Origin: Eledone cirrhosa
Taxonomy: Eukaryota
DNA: 64,000 bases
Assembly: GCA_964016885.1 (NCBI GenBank)
Contig: OZ024742.1
Location: forward strand, 48,360,001-48,424,000
Direction: 5' to 3'
Shown: one piece after another, positions 47,912 through 62,784 of the stretch
Layout: every line of letters begins with the position of its first letter
How positions within the stretch are numbered: the stretch's first letter is position 1
Notes under the pieces: model-generated
What the model saw: only the letters and a program-made list of their open reading frames with translations
The model's database searches: none
What the model was told of the DNA's origin: nothing
Position numbers and translations under genes: made by a program

Positions 47912-48486
47912 TGAGCGCTTGGCAGCATAACTCTGTTTCGTTTCACTTGTTCTACCCACCGAAATGCGATTCTCGCTGAATTTATATTTATATTAATCTC
48001 CTGAGTCTTACAATTTAACCTGTGAATAATTAACTGCATAGATTTATTTTAAAACTACCTGTGTCATTCAAAAAGTTGGCGCAGAGCAAAATACCTGTTG
48101 ATAACGTAATATTCCTTGTTCGATCATTATATCAAACGCTTATAGTTTTAAGTAGACAGTATTATTGATTTAGGTGTCATAGAAACCCTGCATTTGGACT
48201 TTACCACAATTCCAATGGGTCCAGGGCGGTTATAAATGTGTATATGTATATATATATATATATATATGATTTTATCATTTATTTTGTTTTTACCGGTTTA
48301 TCTTGACTTGTTTTTTGGCTTAGGTGTTTAATGCCTTCTTGAAAACTTTTTAAGTTTGGTATGGCATTTTAACATATGTTTAGCACTGATTTTTTAGCTG
48401 TGGAGCGCTTGGCAGCATAACTCTGATTTTACGTTTCGTTTCGCATTTTCTACCCACCGAAATGCTATTCTCGCTGAATTTATAAT

Positions 48487-48542
<56 letters not shown>

Positions 48543-48546
<4 letters not shown>

Positions 48547-48760
48547 GGCGTGTGGCTGAGTGGTTAGAGAATTGGATTCGCAATCGTGAGGTTGTGAGTT
48601 CGATTCTCGGACCGGGCGATGCGTTATGTCCTTGAGCAAGACACTTTATTTCACGTTGCTCCTTCTACCTGGAGTTGCGACCGATAGATAGTATTAGCAA
48701 TTGGAAAGACCAATGGAAACATTGTTTCCTCGGTCCGATTTGACGAATGTCGATCGATAA
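48543..48760 (+). mobile_element. tRNA-derived CORE-type SINE
   Basis: A box TGGCTGAGTGG, B box GAGTTCGATTC, CORE-like tgtccttgagcaagacactttatttcacgttgctcc. Confidence 0.75.
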
Positions 48761-48762
48761 AA

Positions 48763-48793
<31 letters not shown>

Positions 48794-49465
48794 TAAATAT
48801 ATAAAGATTTACACATACATAAAGTCACAGATATATATGTGGCAACCGTCCACCATGTGGCTCAATGAAGAATTAATAAATTAAATAATCAGAGCAATAT
48901 ATCATAAATCATGTCCCTAGAATTAATAGATAAAATATATACAATTTCCTCTCCCAATTAGCATAATTAACGATATAAAAAATCAATTATACCAGGCTAT
49001 AAGAATAAAGATTCCTATCAAGAAATATTTGATAAATAATCGAAAGCAGCCTCTTCGCGGTTGACCACAATAGACCAAATATATCGTCAACCATACACTA
49101 TTAGGTATAAATTTAAACTTAGAAGAAAAGTGTACATATCGTAATTATATCTCTACCATGGTTACGTTCATGTTTTGAGATATCCTATAAAGGTCAATCT
49201 CGAGTATGGACCTCATCAGGAGACAAACTCAATAGGACAGTTAATTTTCCAAAGCGATCCCGCCAGAAATAGATAAAAATATGGCTAAGAATCGTGACCT
49301 GGCAGTGGTCAAGTTAGAAAGAATGTGATCAGTTGCTTACGGCGAGTAGGCTGGTTGGTAGAAAGCGCAGCCCAATATCGCCCAAATTGCATCTCAACCC
49401 AACGGGAGATTATTAAATTGTATATATTTTATCTATTAATTCTAGGGACATGATTTATATATATA

Positions 49466-49664
<199 letters not shown>

Positions 49665-50630
49665 TGCAAAATAGTGAAATCGAATCTCTGGCGGTTTGCA
49701 AGTAAATTCGGCCTACTTATATAAAATGATGAGTTAGCAAAGCACTCAATAAGTTAGAGTAATAACATGCGTTTAAATAGCTTGACAAATCGAACATGGT
49801 GGTAGGCGAATCTAACACACAATATATACGAAAGTAACGATAGAACTAATCAGGTTGAGAAAAATACACCTGGACAAATCAAACGATCAATCGTTTAAAG
49901 TGTTTCTTTGAATCCGAAATCAAATATCAGACTTACGTGACTTGCAAGCTCGTGGTATTCAGGATCGAACGGAGGATTCAGTTTTTCAACAGGATTTTCG
50001 TTCTAGCCAGGACCGAAGTGATAAGCTATATGTTGCTGCTATATATGCTGCGTATCGTATCTATAGCTGTCACGTGTTAATTCCGGCAAGGGAAATAACC
50101 CCCGGTTTTTGGCGGGTCATTCAACATGTTAGACAAAGGAAATATTTTTATTTCCGCTAATCATCATGATAAGCTCTCAACTAGATGTTATAAAACAAAC
50201 ACGAATAATTAACCAGTCAACAGAATTGTCTAATTAAATTAATTAGTTAATTATTAAATCTAGGAGAATAATATAATTGGAAAATAGTAAAATCGAATCT
50301 CTGGCAGTTTGCAAGTAAATTCGGCCTACTTATATGAAATGATGAGTTAGCAAAGCACTCGATAAGTTGGGGCCTTAGAATAATAACATACGTTTAAATA
50401 GCTTGACAAATCGAACATTGTGGTAGGCGAATCTAACACTCAATATATACCAAAGTAACGATAGAACTAATCATGTTGAGAAAAATACATCTGGACGAAT
50501 CAAACGATCAATCGTTTAAAGTGTTTCTTTGAATCCGAAATCAAATATCAGACTTACGTGACTGGCAAGCTCGTGGTATTCATGAACGAACGGAGGATTC
50601 AGTTTTTCAACGGGTTTTCGTTCTAGCCAC
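49665..50630 (-). repeat. Tandem direct repeat (~350 bp, period ~610 bp) of a pLTR-like family also found at 36228-36430 (+)
   Basis: 49668-50008 is similar to 50280-50628; both are the reverse complement of 36228-36430. Abuts (TA)n. Confidence 0.75.
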
Positions 50631-51356
50631 GTATATTTATATATATATAAATACACGTATATTTATATATATATATATATAAATATACATGTATATATAT
50701 ATATAAGTATGTATACGTACATAGATATATGTATACAGACGTACAGTAGTATGTATATACATACATACATTCACACACATATATATGTACGCATGGGTTT
50801 ACCGAACATTTATTATAATGTTCGGTTTGTTTGTAAACAAACAGCCCGAATTAAGCCGTACAGTGTTCGGCAACCATCGTTGCCCTTTTTTTCAACACTG
50901 ACAAAGGAACGATGAACTAGTTTCTAGCTTATTAATTGTCATCAGCACCGTATACCTTCCTGTCAGTCGATTTCACATTTGAAAGTATATACTTTGCTTA
51001 TGTATATTAACGGCTGAGCAGCCTAATTTGTATATCGTGTGAGTCAGTCGTCCGGGTGTACCGAAAACGATAAATGAAAAAAAAAGAAATTTCATTTCTC
51101 ACTCTTAGTACGGCAGATACTTAAATGTAAGTATGTATACGTACATACATATATGTATACAGACGTACAGTAGTATGTATATACATGCACATATATAGGC
51201 GATTTAGCGATCTCTCTCTATAATTATTGGTCTTTCTTTTCAGATAGATACATAGATATAACGTCGCGCCCTTATAATATGTCTGTATCTCTGGCTGTCT
51301 GCATTACGACATTACGACATTATGACGCTGTGTGTGTATATATATGTATATATATA

Positions 51357-51418
<62 letters not shown>

Positions 51419-51539
51419 TGTGTGTGTGTGTAACGATTTTCGAAATATTTACTTCTGCGTTAACAGATTGATTTTTTTTAGTTTCAGAAGAGCCCATTAT
51501 AGGTGAAAGCACCGATTCTTTGCTTCAACCTTAATCTGT

Positions 51540-51621
<82 letters not shown>

Positions 51622-51753
51622 TATATATATAATTATATATTCGCGTACAGTTATTTTTGCATGCACAATAACAAAATATAAATAAACGTATTTATGTCAC
51701 AAGGCTCTATAAGGATAAATATATATCAAATATATAAGAACCCTAGAGCAAAT

Positions 51754-51781
51754 CCCGAGCAACGCCGGGCCATTCTGCTAG
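51754..51781 (+). mobile_element. Helitron 3' terminus (hairpin + CTAG)
   Basis: CCCG agcaacgc CGGG-ccattctg-CTAG. Confidence 0.55.
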
Positions 51782-52479
51782 ATCTCTGTGATTGTATGCT
51801 TGTCAGTAATTTAATACATGTAATGGTGCATAATAGGAAAAACCTTGATAGGAAGTTGCCCCTAAAATGGGAATAAAAATGGAATAAAACAAGTCTCACG
51901 TAAAACGGAGTATGGTTTCCCAAGATACGGGGATTTTCCGGGTACCTTCATAAATAGAGAGAGAGAAACATAGATAAAGAGATAGTGGTTGTGAGATGTT
52001 AGATTGAAAGAGAGACAGAAAGAGAGAGATATAGAGAGAGAGAGATAAAGCGAGAGAGAGAGAGAGAGAGGGGATAGAAAGAGGCAGAGAAGGAAAATGG
52101 AAGTGTGAGAGAAAGCTGTTGGTTTTGTTGAATGAAATTATAACAGGTGACCTTAAAGAATATCGAATACAGCATTACTGAATATTAAGTCATTTATCAT
52201 ATAACTTGTGTTACGACAGGATGTGTGTAGCTAATATTTCCTGCTAAATAGGAAGGGTTTCTATGTTTGTGAGTGTGTATATATATATGTGTGTGTGTGA
52301 GTGTGTTTCTGTGACCAGTGTATATAGATCAGAGACCCCCCCCCATATATATATATACATACACAGTTTACGAAAGTCGCTGATGTCATTTCAGCGATCT
52401 CCGGCCATGAGGCCCTCACTCAATTCTGATTTTAAAGATGAGGCCGTTTTTGAAATACAATTTCTTGCGCTCTAACAGA

Positions 52480-53110
52480 TAGTTTTATACTCCGCAGTGA
52501 AATCAATTGCACCTGTTTACTTTAGGTTCTTTAGTAACGTTTTGCAGTTTTGCATTCGTAACTAACTTTTTAGTGATTTTATTTGTCGTTTAATTTATGT
52601 TTGGGTGTTTTTGTAAGTTTTTTCATTTTCTTATCTGTTAGTAAGATAGGAAAGTTTCCTTGTACGTCTATGAAGTGTTGATTACATTCTTGTAATATTT
52701 CCTCTTGATAAATATTTGTTTCATCTTTTGTTGTCTGTGGTCTCTGGTGGTTAGGTCTCTGGCTATTGTACAGATTAGCTTGGCTAAGTAAAAAGGGATG
52801 CTGGTAAGGGTTTGTGGTAGGGGTGTGCAATGGATGAGAAGATGTAAAAAGGTGTATTGTGGGGAGTAAGTAGGTTTCAAATGTAAGTCAGTTTCTTTTT
52901 TTTTTTTCTTAGGATATCAAAAATGGAAGTTTCGTATTACCGAAATTATTCACATATATTTGTTCAGTTTTGCTTCTTTTATTTTGCTATAAATTTATAA
53001 TTCGGGGTATCCCATGACTAGGTTTGCAAATGTTGACGCAAGTTTTGACCCATGTTTGTTTCTGATCTCTGTTGGTAAGATACTTCATCGAGCACGAAAT
53101 TATAATTATT
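52480..53110 (-). pseudogene. Highly decayed Penelope-like RT fragment of a non-Naiad clade (Neptune/Poseidon-like)
   Basis: Manual translation: G.KLASTFANLVMG (cf. GxxxAPxYANLxM), then TDLHLKPTYSPQY..H..IPF (cf. TDxYxKPT..QYL..SxHP). Confidence 0.55.
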
Positions 53111-53155
53111 ATTTGTTAATGATTTCTCTCCCCTTCTCTCTCTCTCTAACTCTCT

Positions 53156-53256
<101 letters not shown>

Positions 53257-54021
53257 TAAAATGTTAAACAATATTCAATGAGTATGTCAAAGAATGAGTT
53301 TTACAGTAGATTGGAAGCACTCTACGAAAAATAATTGTCCGGAGTTATTAATATTAAAATACAAATATGAATAAAATAGATGTTCTTTTGATCAATTACA
53401 TTTTATTATACATATTTCGGATGTACAACATACTGTGAGATGTTAAATGGTAAATATTTAATCAAGGTAGTGATTAACCTAAGAGAAAATTTAACATTTA
53501 TACCCTAATTATGAGAAAATGCGAAAACGTAATAAATTCAATAGAGAATGTGTGAGTAAGAAAAACGTTGCTTAATGTTGCAGTTATAGAGATTTTAAAA
53601 TGTATGATACTACAATGTATCTAGGAAAACATCTCATGAATCATAACATCCAGTGATAGACCCTGGAAAAGGATTTATAGAGAGGGAAAGTTAAGGGGGG
53701 GGGGGGGTGATATATGCAGAAGGAGATATTTCCCGAAAGTTAAACGGTTAATTTTGAAAATATTTAATTTATAATTTTATGGTGAAGAATCAAGATTTCA
53801 GGATTTTTTGCTGGTTATTTTTGCTGCTATATATTAGTTTTATAAAGTCTATAAGTGTGTTAACATTTCTAAGCTTCTGAGTTTTATGAGGGTAACATTT
53901 AAAGGATTTAGCTGGCACATCAAGAATACTCATTGAATATTGTTTAACACTTTAATATAATATATATTGCTCCCAACTGGTTGAGCGCTTTTCTATACAA
54001 TAGATTGCATATTCAATAAAT

Positions 54022-56300
54022 ATGGATTTCTTAAACTTCCCGACTTCCCTCAAAGATATACCCATACCTTCAAATGAAGAATACACAAAGAAAACTATCG
54101 AACAGACAAACTCTTTTATTAGAAGATTGAGATGTAGAGCTTTTCATTTCGAAAATATAGATGCTGAAAGAAAAACCAACAACAATAATTTTGAATCTTT
54201 ATTTAAATCAAGAAAAGATCCTCCATACAACAAACTTCTGGAAGCTTTTGAAACAGAAATGCTCGGTATAATCAAACAAATTAAATTTAGGAAAACCCAT
54301 ATACAGGTCACCAATACCTCATAACTCTAAAAGATAAAATCACTGAAATAAAAAAATGTTAACAAAGTACTGGTTAAATCGGACAAAACTAATAATTTAT
54401 ATGGGATACGCTAAGATGAATATAACAACTTGATTTTGAAAGAACTTAGGAAAAATTACAAAAAAGCCCCGGCTGAGGATCTTACTGAAATTAAATGAAG
54501 AAGCCTACAAATTAATTACAAATTTAGGAATAGAAGGAAGAACTGAGCCAGTATTACCTAGACAGCCGAGGATCAACCTGAAGGATCATAAAATAAACTT
54601 TAAGGAAGAGATGCCAGTTAGACTGATTGTTTCATCGAAATCGGATATAGGAGTAATCAGTAAAAACATCATAGATATAATATTACCCACTCTTAAATTG
54701 AGATCTAATTTGAGCATATGGAAAGATACAAACGAGGTCATAGAATGGTACACGAATATTGAGATAAGAAAATTCATAAATTCATCCAGATGGACATTAC
54801 TAGCTACTATTCTTCCATAACACCTAACCTTCTAAATAAGGCCCTTTCATATGCTTATAAGCATACTGACCTAACCACAGATGAAATAGATATAATACTA
54901 ACAGCCAGAAGAACTCTTATTAACTTCAATAACGAATATTGGATACGCTCAGATCGAGATAGAAACTTTGATATCACTATGGAGGCATCCAATTCCGCGC
55001 AAATCACAGATCTTCTGGGAATTTTCATATTAAACATGATAAATAGAAAACTGCCGGAGATTACCGGTGGTTTATATAGGGACGACATTTTATTTACGGT
55101 GGTCAAACACAACAATATAGAACTAAATAGAGTAAAGAGAAGTATAATAGAATTCTTTAAAACGTACGACATTAAATTAGAAGTAGAAAATGGTACCAAA
55201 TTAGTTAATTTCCTAGACGTTACCTTTAACTTAAACACCGTCTTCTATTACCCTTTTCATAAGCCCAATGAAAACTTAAACTATGTCCATAACTAGTCAA
55301 ATCACGCTAGATGTGTAAAAAAAGCTATAGTAAATAGTGTGCAAAAAAGTATTAATAAAATATCAGCCAATAAAAATATATTTGATGAAAACGCTGAATA
55401 CTACAACAACACGTTAAAAAGAGCAGGATAGATGAATAATATAGAATATGTAGATAATAATAATCCAAGTATTATTCCTAATAATAATAATAAAAAATAA
55501 TAACATTTATAAGAGAAACACTAATAATTATTATTCAAACACCCATACGCCAAATAAATCGAGAATACGAACTAGATCTAAATCAGTCATATGGTTTGCC
55601 CCCCCCCCCCCCCGCTTCGGTCGCAGTTAAAACACCAATTGCAAAATTATTCTTTAACGCTCTTGACACCTCTTTCCCTACTCAATATAAATACCATTCC
55701 ATTTTTAATAGACATACCATTAAATTCTCACATTCTACAACTATGAACATGGCCCAAAACATTGCCAAATTAAAGACTAAAATCCTAAAACCAAACCAGT
55801 ATAATGATCCTAATAATAGAGTTAACATAAATGATACTAAACCAAAATGTTATTGTAGGAATAAAACTGATTGCCCTTTGTAAAATAATTGTCTAGATAT
55901 TAATTTGGTTTATAAATGCACCGTCAAAACTGATCACAACACATATAACTACATAGGATCAACCTCTTCGACATTCAAAGCCCGATTTCCGAACCATAAA
56001 TGCTCATTCTCGAACTCTAAGAGGAAATCATCCACGTCTTTATCACAGCTCATATGGTCATTAAAAGAGAAGAATTGAAAATACTCCATTCTTTGGACAA
56101 AACTTCGGAACTGTGGAATTTACCGCAACTCTAGTATATCAAATAAATGCGCGCTCTGTACAATGGAGACCCGGTTGATTATTAATAACTATGAGACCCT
56201 AATTAACAAAAAAAAAATGAATTATTCTCTAGTTGCCTCCATAAAGCTACGTCCACTTTTTTAGCCTCCCATAAAACGAGAAAAAAAGAGAGAATAACAT
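54022..56300 (+). pseudogene. Full-span Penelope-like RT + GIY-YIG ORF with stops and frameshifts
   Basis: SLKDIPIPS..FIRRLR.RAFHF, VKSDKTNNLY, LKDHK.NF..PVRLI..KSDIG.ISK, WKDTNEVIEW, DITSYYSSI, FDITM..AQITDLLG, GLYRDD, VNFLDVTFNL, WF.PP, CYCRNKTDCPL..CL..VY, YIGST..FKARF.NH, CALC. Confidence 0.93.
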
Positions 56301-56414
56301 TAAGCCATTAATAACTTGGTTGCCAGGAATATATAATCGACAGGGAAAAAACATTAATGGCCTTTAATATTGCTTTTTCTTATAGCTATCTATAGAAGAA
56401 ATAACGGTTTCTTA

Positions 56415-56610
56415 AATAGGCAAAAAGCCAGCAATTTTGGGGGAAAGGAAAGTCGATTAAATCGAACTCAGCGCCTGCCTGGTACTTTATTTTATCGACC
56501 CCTTAAGGATGAAAGGCAAAGTTAACCTCGGCGGGATTTGAACTCAGATCATAAAGGGACGTAACTCTATGCTTGAAAGTATGGTGTCGACTCTCTACCG
56601 GTACTGCCAA
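56415..56610 (-). mobile_element. tRNA-derived SINE inserted in the PLE 3' UTR
   Basis: tatcgaccccttaaggatgaaaggcaaagttaacctcggcgggatttgaactc. Confidence 0.78.
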
Positions 56611-58194
56611 ACCACCACCCATCTATAGAAGAACATTGAAAGACACTTGTTCAATAACATGCCGGAACATTGATACACATAACATTATTTTATTAACTTT
56701 GATCAATACCATTATTTTTTATTTCTTTATTTCTCTATCTATCTTCCTATCTATGTTTTAAAGTTTAGTTTAATACCCAACCCATACATCTTTACAGAAC
56801 TTATCTATAACTGTTAATGTTTAATGCATTTTTGATCTCTTTTAAATTTTAGTTGAATACCCAACCCATACATCTTTACGGAACCTATCTATAACTGTGA
56901 ATTTTTAATGCGTTTTTGATCTCTTATTTATAGTATAATATAATATAATATAGTATATTATAATATGTATGTAATTATATTTTTATATATTTTTAAATAT
57001 ACCTACTGTACTTTAAAATCTACAATTTAAAACAGAAGTTTTTGGTGCATTTTTGATCTCTTATTTATAATATAATGTATTATAATATGTATGTAATTAT
57101 ATATTATATTTTATATATTTTTAAATATACCTACCGCATTTCTATATCCATGATTCAAATATAGAGAAACTATCCGAAATAAATATTATTATAGACATTA
57201 TTTTGAACTCTGAATTATCCATGCACTTATTATTGCTTTTCTTATATATATATATATGTATTTAAATGTAACACTTTGAACTCTATTTTATAAAATTATA
57301 ACCGTTATCATTTACCTAAAGTATACTGCACCACTAATACCTAATATATATCTATATATACCTCCCTATATCTTCCTATACATAATTTTTAGTTAACTTC
57401 TAAATTTCTTGATCACGTATACTCTGAACTAAGAATAATTAATGCATTTACATCCTGTTATATATAGGTGTATATTTAACCTTAACATACCTCGATCTAT
57501 TATTTTATTTTTATTTTCGTTATTATTTACCTAAAATATACTGGCTCATTAATATATATATATATATACATAATCGTTATTTAAATATTTCTAACAATAC
57601 GTACTTCAAAAGCTTTACATACCTAATATGTTGGTATCTTTGTTAAAGTTTAAATTTAGGAAAATAATCAACAGTATACAATTTCATTCTTGATGTGCCA
57701 CCTAAATCCTTTAAATGTTACCCACATAAAACTCAGCTTAAAATGTTAACACATTTATAGAACTTATAAAACTAATATATAAATAACCAGCCAAAAAATC
57801 CTGAAATCTTGATTCTTCACCATAAAATTATAAATTAAATATTTTCAAAATTAACCGTTTAACTTTCGGGAAAAAATCTCCTTCTGCATATATCCCCCCC
57901 CCCCTCCCATCGCCTTATCTTTCTCTCTCTATAAATCCTTTTCCAAGGGCTATCACTGGATGTTATGATTCATGAGATGTTTTCCTAGATAAATTGTAGT
58001 ATAATACATTTTAAAATCTCTGTAACTGTTACATTAAGCAACGTTTTTCTTACTTACACATTCTCTATTGAATTTATTACGTTTTCGCATTTTCTCATAA
58101 TTAGGGTATAAATGTTAAATTTTCTCTTAGGTTAACCACTATCTTGATCAAATCTTTACCATTTAACATCTCAGGGTATGTCATGTATCATTAT

Positions 58195-58247
58195 ATTTTG
58201 TCTGATGAGGACGTACTGTTGTACATCCGAAATATGTATAATAAAAT
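58195..58247 (+). ncRNA. Minimal type I hammerhead ribozyme in the 3' pLTR
   Basis: ATTTTGT-CTGATGA-GGAcGTAC tgtt GTACaTCC-GAAA-TATGTA-TA-ATAAAAT. Confidence 0.78.
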
Positions 58248-58289
58248 GTAATTGATCAAAAGAACATCTATTTTATTCATATTTGTATT

Positions 58290-58410
<121 letters not shown>

Positions 58411-59741
58411 AATGTAGAGAATGTTTACATAGCTCTTAATATGGTCTTAGTTCTTTTTTTCTGTCACTGTATATGTGCAGAATACAAGTTATGTACTTTT
58501 AGATATAGTTGAATACATAAAAGATAACCCTTATTATCTACATTTATGTGTGACTTTCGCTTTGTATGCAAACACTTTTATGGACGAATATTTGTTATTT
58601 CGTTTTAGTGTTTTATTTATATGTATGTTTGTTTGACTGTGCGTGCGCGTGTTATTGTATTGTCAGCTGCTTCGTATACTTTTGAATATATTGTGTTGGT
58701 ATTGGTTGCAAATTATTATTGAGATAATTGTCTCAAATTGCTGCAGGGATAAGCCGTGATAATGCCGGATACAAATATTTGTGGTATCTGCTTTCTTTCA
58801 CTACGCATTGAGTTCAAACACCGCCGAGCCGAACATTACCTTTCACTCTTTCGAAACCGAAAACTTGATAGCTATTCAAGTTCTGGGGTGGATTCAAATT
58901 ATGTCTCTTTTACTGACGCTAATCTATTGGATTTATGACCAGGATTTGGCTGGGAATGTTTTAAAATACGAAACACATGCATTCTGCAAGAGAGCGCCTA
59001 TACGTATCTAGCAGGATTTAAAGGAACTTTACTTACCTTGTAACCGGCCACTGTACGTTCGTGTAGGTTTGTGACTGGGCACTGGATTATATCATGATAT
59101 GAGATACAGTGGTTATTATATAGGCGCTAATATGAATGAAAAGCTTGTATTTTCGTATGTATATTGTTATTTTAACATACATATAATATATCCATACATA
59201 CGTGGTCGGGACAATAATCTCTAATACTCGGTATGAAAAGAAAATGCTAGAACATTCAAACGAATTTTATTTGAAAATACATTCAATACTAGTAAAGAAA
59301 AGTTTGTTTTAATACGTACATACAAGCATCCATCCATCGTTCCATCCATCCACCCATCCATCCATCCATACATACATACATGATAGCTGCAATTCAATTT
59401 TGAGTAATGCTATCACTTGTTGCTTAAGCATGAGCAGCACGGAAGTGGGCTTTTTGTCCTGCTAGGTATTCACAGTAGTCGGAAGATGACCGGGCCCAGA
59501 CAACGCAGTGCTCTGGGGACCTGCCAGGGCAGACCCGTTCACTATCCTTTACAAGTCCTAGCCAAGTCACGCAATGCAACGAAAAATATTTCACAAAATA
59601 ACCCTCCTAACAAAGCGGGCTGGGTGGGTTTGCAGGTTTAGTCAACGACAATCTGGTCAACGCAGATTGTAGTGGGGTACATGATACCAGTAGCGTTGAA
59701 AAGGTACCTGACATTCATACATACATACATTCATACATGCT

Positions 59742-59795
<54 letters not shown>

Positions 59796-59825
59796 CATAT
59801 ACATAATATATACATCATATATATA

Positions 59826-59858
<33 letters not shown>

Positions 59859-59859
59859 G

Positions 59860-60500
59860 CCGCTCTAGATGCAAAGGTGTGGGAGGATCAGGCCGGATTC
59901 TGACCATGAAGATTTTCCACAGATCAGATAGTTACTCTTCGAAAAATGTGTTTACTTTCAAAAAACAGTGTCTGGAATTCAATGTGTCACTCAAGATAAA
60001 TTTCATTAACTTCAAAAAGGCCCATGATAGCATACACGGCGAGACGCTTAGGAAACTGCCTGCAGTCTATGGCATTCCAGAAAGATTCATCAATATCATC
60101 AAACATCTAGATTCAAGCTGCTGCGTCAAATTTGCAAATGGCGCCACAGTTTTTCTTCTGACTCGACACATGTGTGTGACAGGGCTACATTCCGTCGCAT
60201 ATGCTTTTCTCACTGGCCATTGAATTTGACATGAGAAAATCAGAGGACATTCACGCTCGGACTCAAAACTTTAGTATCCAATGGACTGATTCAAACAATG
60301 ACAACACAAGAAAAAAACGCAAGTGATGAAAGTTGGCAAGAAAATTGCTGAAAAAGAACATATTAAAACAGAAGCAATAGAATGGGTCAACCAATTCACC
60401 TATTTGGGCAGCCAAATATACAATCAAGGTCTCACTTGGCTTGATGTAAACTTTGTAAAGGCATCGGGAGTGTTTCAGTGCGTGAGAAGCATTTAGTCAT
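59860..60500 (+). pseudogene. RTE-like LINE reverse transcriptase fragment
   Basis: LEFNVSLKINFINFKKAHDSI..YGIPERFINIIK..CCVK; later IEWVNQFTYLGSQI. Confidence 0.78.
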
Positions 60501-61121
60501 CGCAAATAATCTTCATGCCTTCTCTTAAAATGACGTCCTAAAATAATTAGGGGTCTCTCACTCCCGTTGGTCTAACCGCACACATGGGCACAGTGTACCG
60601 AGTGTCTCCTTATAGCAGTGCATAAACATACACAGACACACACACACACACGTACACTAACACCATATATATATATCGAATGTAGAAAAGTAACACACGA
60701 GTTACTATATGAAAAAACAAATAGAAGAAAGGAAAAATATTTTTTCAGTAGAAAATACTGAAGAGATTCTTTCAGCCTACTAACAGAGAAAGAAAGACAA
60801 ACACGGACAAAGGTATGAACTCTCCTTTTAAAATATGGTTGTAAACATTAATACATTTTCTTCCATTTTTATTATTATTATTTGTATAAATATGGACCTT
60901 AACCATATTATGCATATTCGCAGTTGACAATTCATATAATGCTGAAACCGGTACCATTCTTAAGTGCGGAAATATCCTCTTTATAAATAAATATATGTTT
61001 TGATATTGCACTGAAATAATCTCTTCAGCATTTTCTACTGAAAACAACTTTTTCCTTTCTACCATTTGTTTATACACACGCACACACACATACATACATA
61101 CACACCACACACGCATGCACG

Positions 61122-61171
<50 letters not shown>

Positions 61172-61217
61172 AAGAAAATTAAATATATATGTGGCTGAAT
61201 ACAATAAATGTAATTAG

Positions 61218-61290
<73 letters not shown>

Positions 61291-62431
61291 CCACACACAC
61301 ACATATATATATATACATGCATACGTACATACATACATACATCTATATTGATATATACATATATACGTGTGTGCGTGCATACTGTACTGGGTTTAGGGTT
61401 TTATCTCTGCGTGTATCACAGAAGTATGTCGCTGTCTGTTGTATATGCTTTGTATATATTTGTGGTGAAATATTTGTGATACGGGAAGATGGGGTTGACG
61501 CGTGTTTATGAAAGTGATAGACAGGGAAATATAGGAAATGTTTCAGTGAATAAAAGAGTATGTGTGCATATGTATGTCTGTGACGTGTTTCTGTTCGTCT
61601 GTGTGTATCTGTTTGCGTGTATATGTGAAAAACATAAGAGAGAACTGATGAGGACAGACATAATGTTGAAAGCTGCAGTGTACACTTCACCTGCTGAAAC
61701 TGAACAAGAAAAACCCTTGAAAGACGCTGCTTTTACCTGCTGTATTCACTACCTTTCTCTTCTAAAAGTGTCATTGAATTATATTTGATAATGACGTTGC
61801 CATGACAGCTCTTAACCTTGGCCACGTGATGAGTGGAAAAAAGTAAATAAAACGTATCGTTACATATCATCTTTATATAATCATCATCATCATCATCTCA
61901 GCCATCAACACCATAATTCTCATCGTCATCAACCATCATTTACACCGTTGCCATTACTATCAACACAATCCCTATAATTATTCTCACATTCAGCATTGTC
62001 AATAACACTAATAACAAAAATAACACCATTAAAAATATAGATCATTATTAACAACCTGAGATGGAGTGACAGAAAAGATAAGAACTACAAAAACATAGAC
62101 TAAAGGAACAAAAGAGGTGACAGTAGTAGAGTAGAATAGAAAGCGATACATTATAACGAGATGTGAGAAATGAAAGTGAAAGTAGCATATAATGACAATG
62201 ATGTTTTCTTAGGGTATGCTGTAATAATGTAATAACTTCTTGTTAGTGCAAACATTGCAGGAGGTGGTAAGAATAATAATAATGAAAACAGGAACAGAAT
62301 CAACAATACTGAAATTTCGACAGGAAACATCTGTTCTTACATTTCTTACATTCTTGCATTCATATTTATAAAGGGAATGGTTAATATATATCAATCTAAG
62401 ACATGAAGTATTATGGCTTCGCAGGTAAGAA

Positions 62432-62508
<77 letters not shown>

Positions 62509-62582
62509 GTGGAACACTGGAAGGTAATATCTGTAGTGGTAGAGTTAGGTAGAAGTGGTTACACAGCAGTTAGTTCACCATA

Positions 62583-62622
62583 CCGAGAACAATTGTTTCA
62601 CCTTAGCGGATCCTCAGCACGG
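62583..62622 (-). ncRNA. Minimal type I hammerhead in the 3' UTR of the PLE at 62785-64000
   Basis: Minus strand: CCGtG-CTGAGGA-tCC gctaa GGt-GAAA-CAATTG-TT-CtCGG. Confidence 0.65.
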
Positions 62623-62784
62623 AATGGGCATGGTTATAGGAACAGGAGGGACAACTGTACGAACGCGCATGCTCAGAAACCCAGTCACATCACACAGGCA
62701 ATACTAGAACGCGTGCGAGAAGTGTAAGGGAGATAACTGCGAAAGTCCGAAAAGTTTTTAGTTGAAAAATAAAATTACAATGAA

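Noticed and set aside
61643-61690. Hammerhead at CTGATGAGGACA..TGTTGAAAGC
   Set aside because: Core and stem II are present, but there is no convincing UH cleavage site or stem I; at best a decayed relic.
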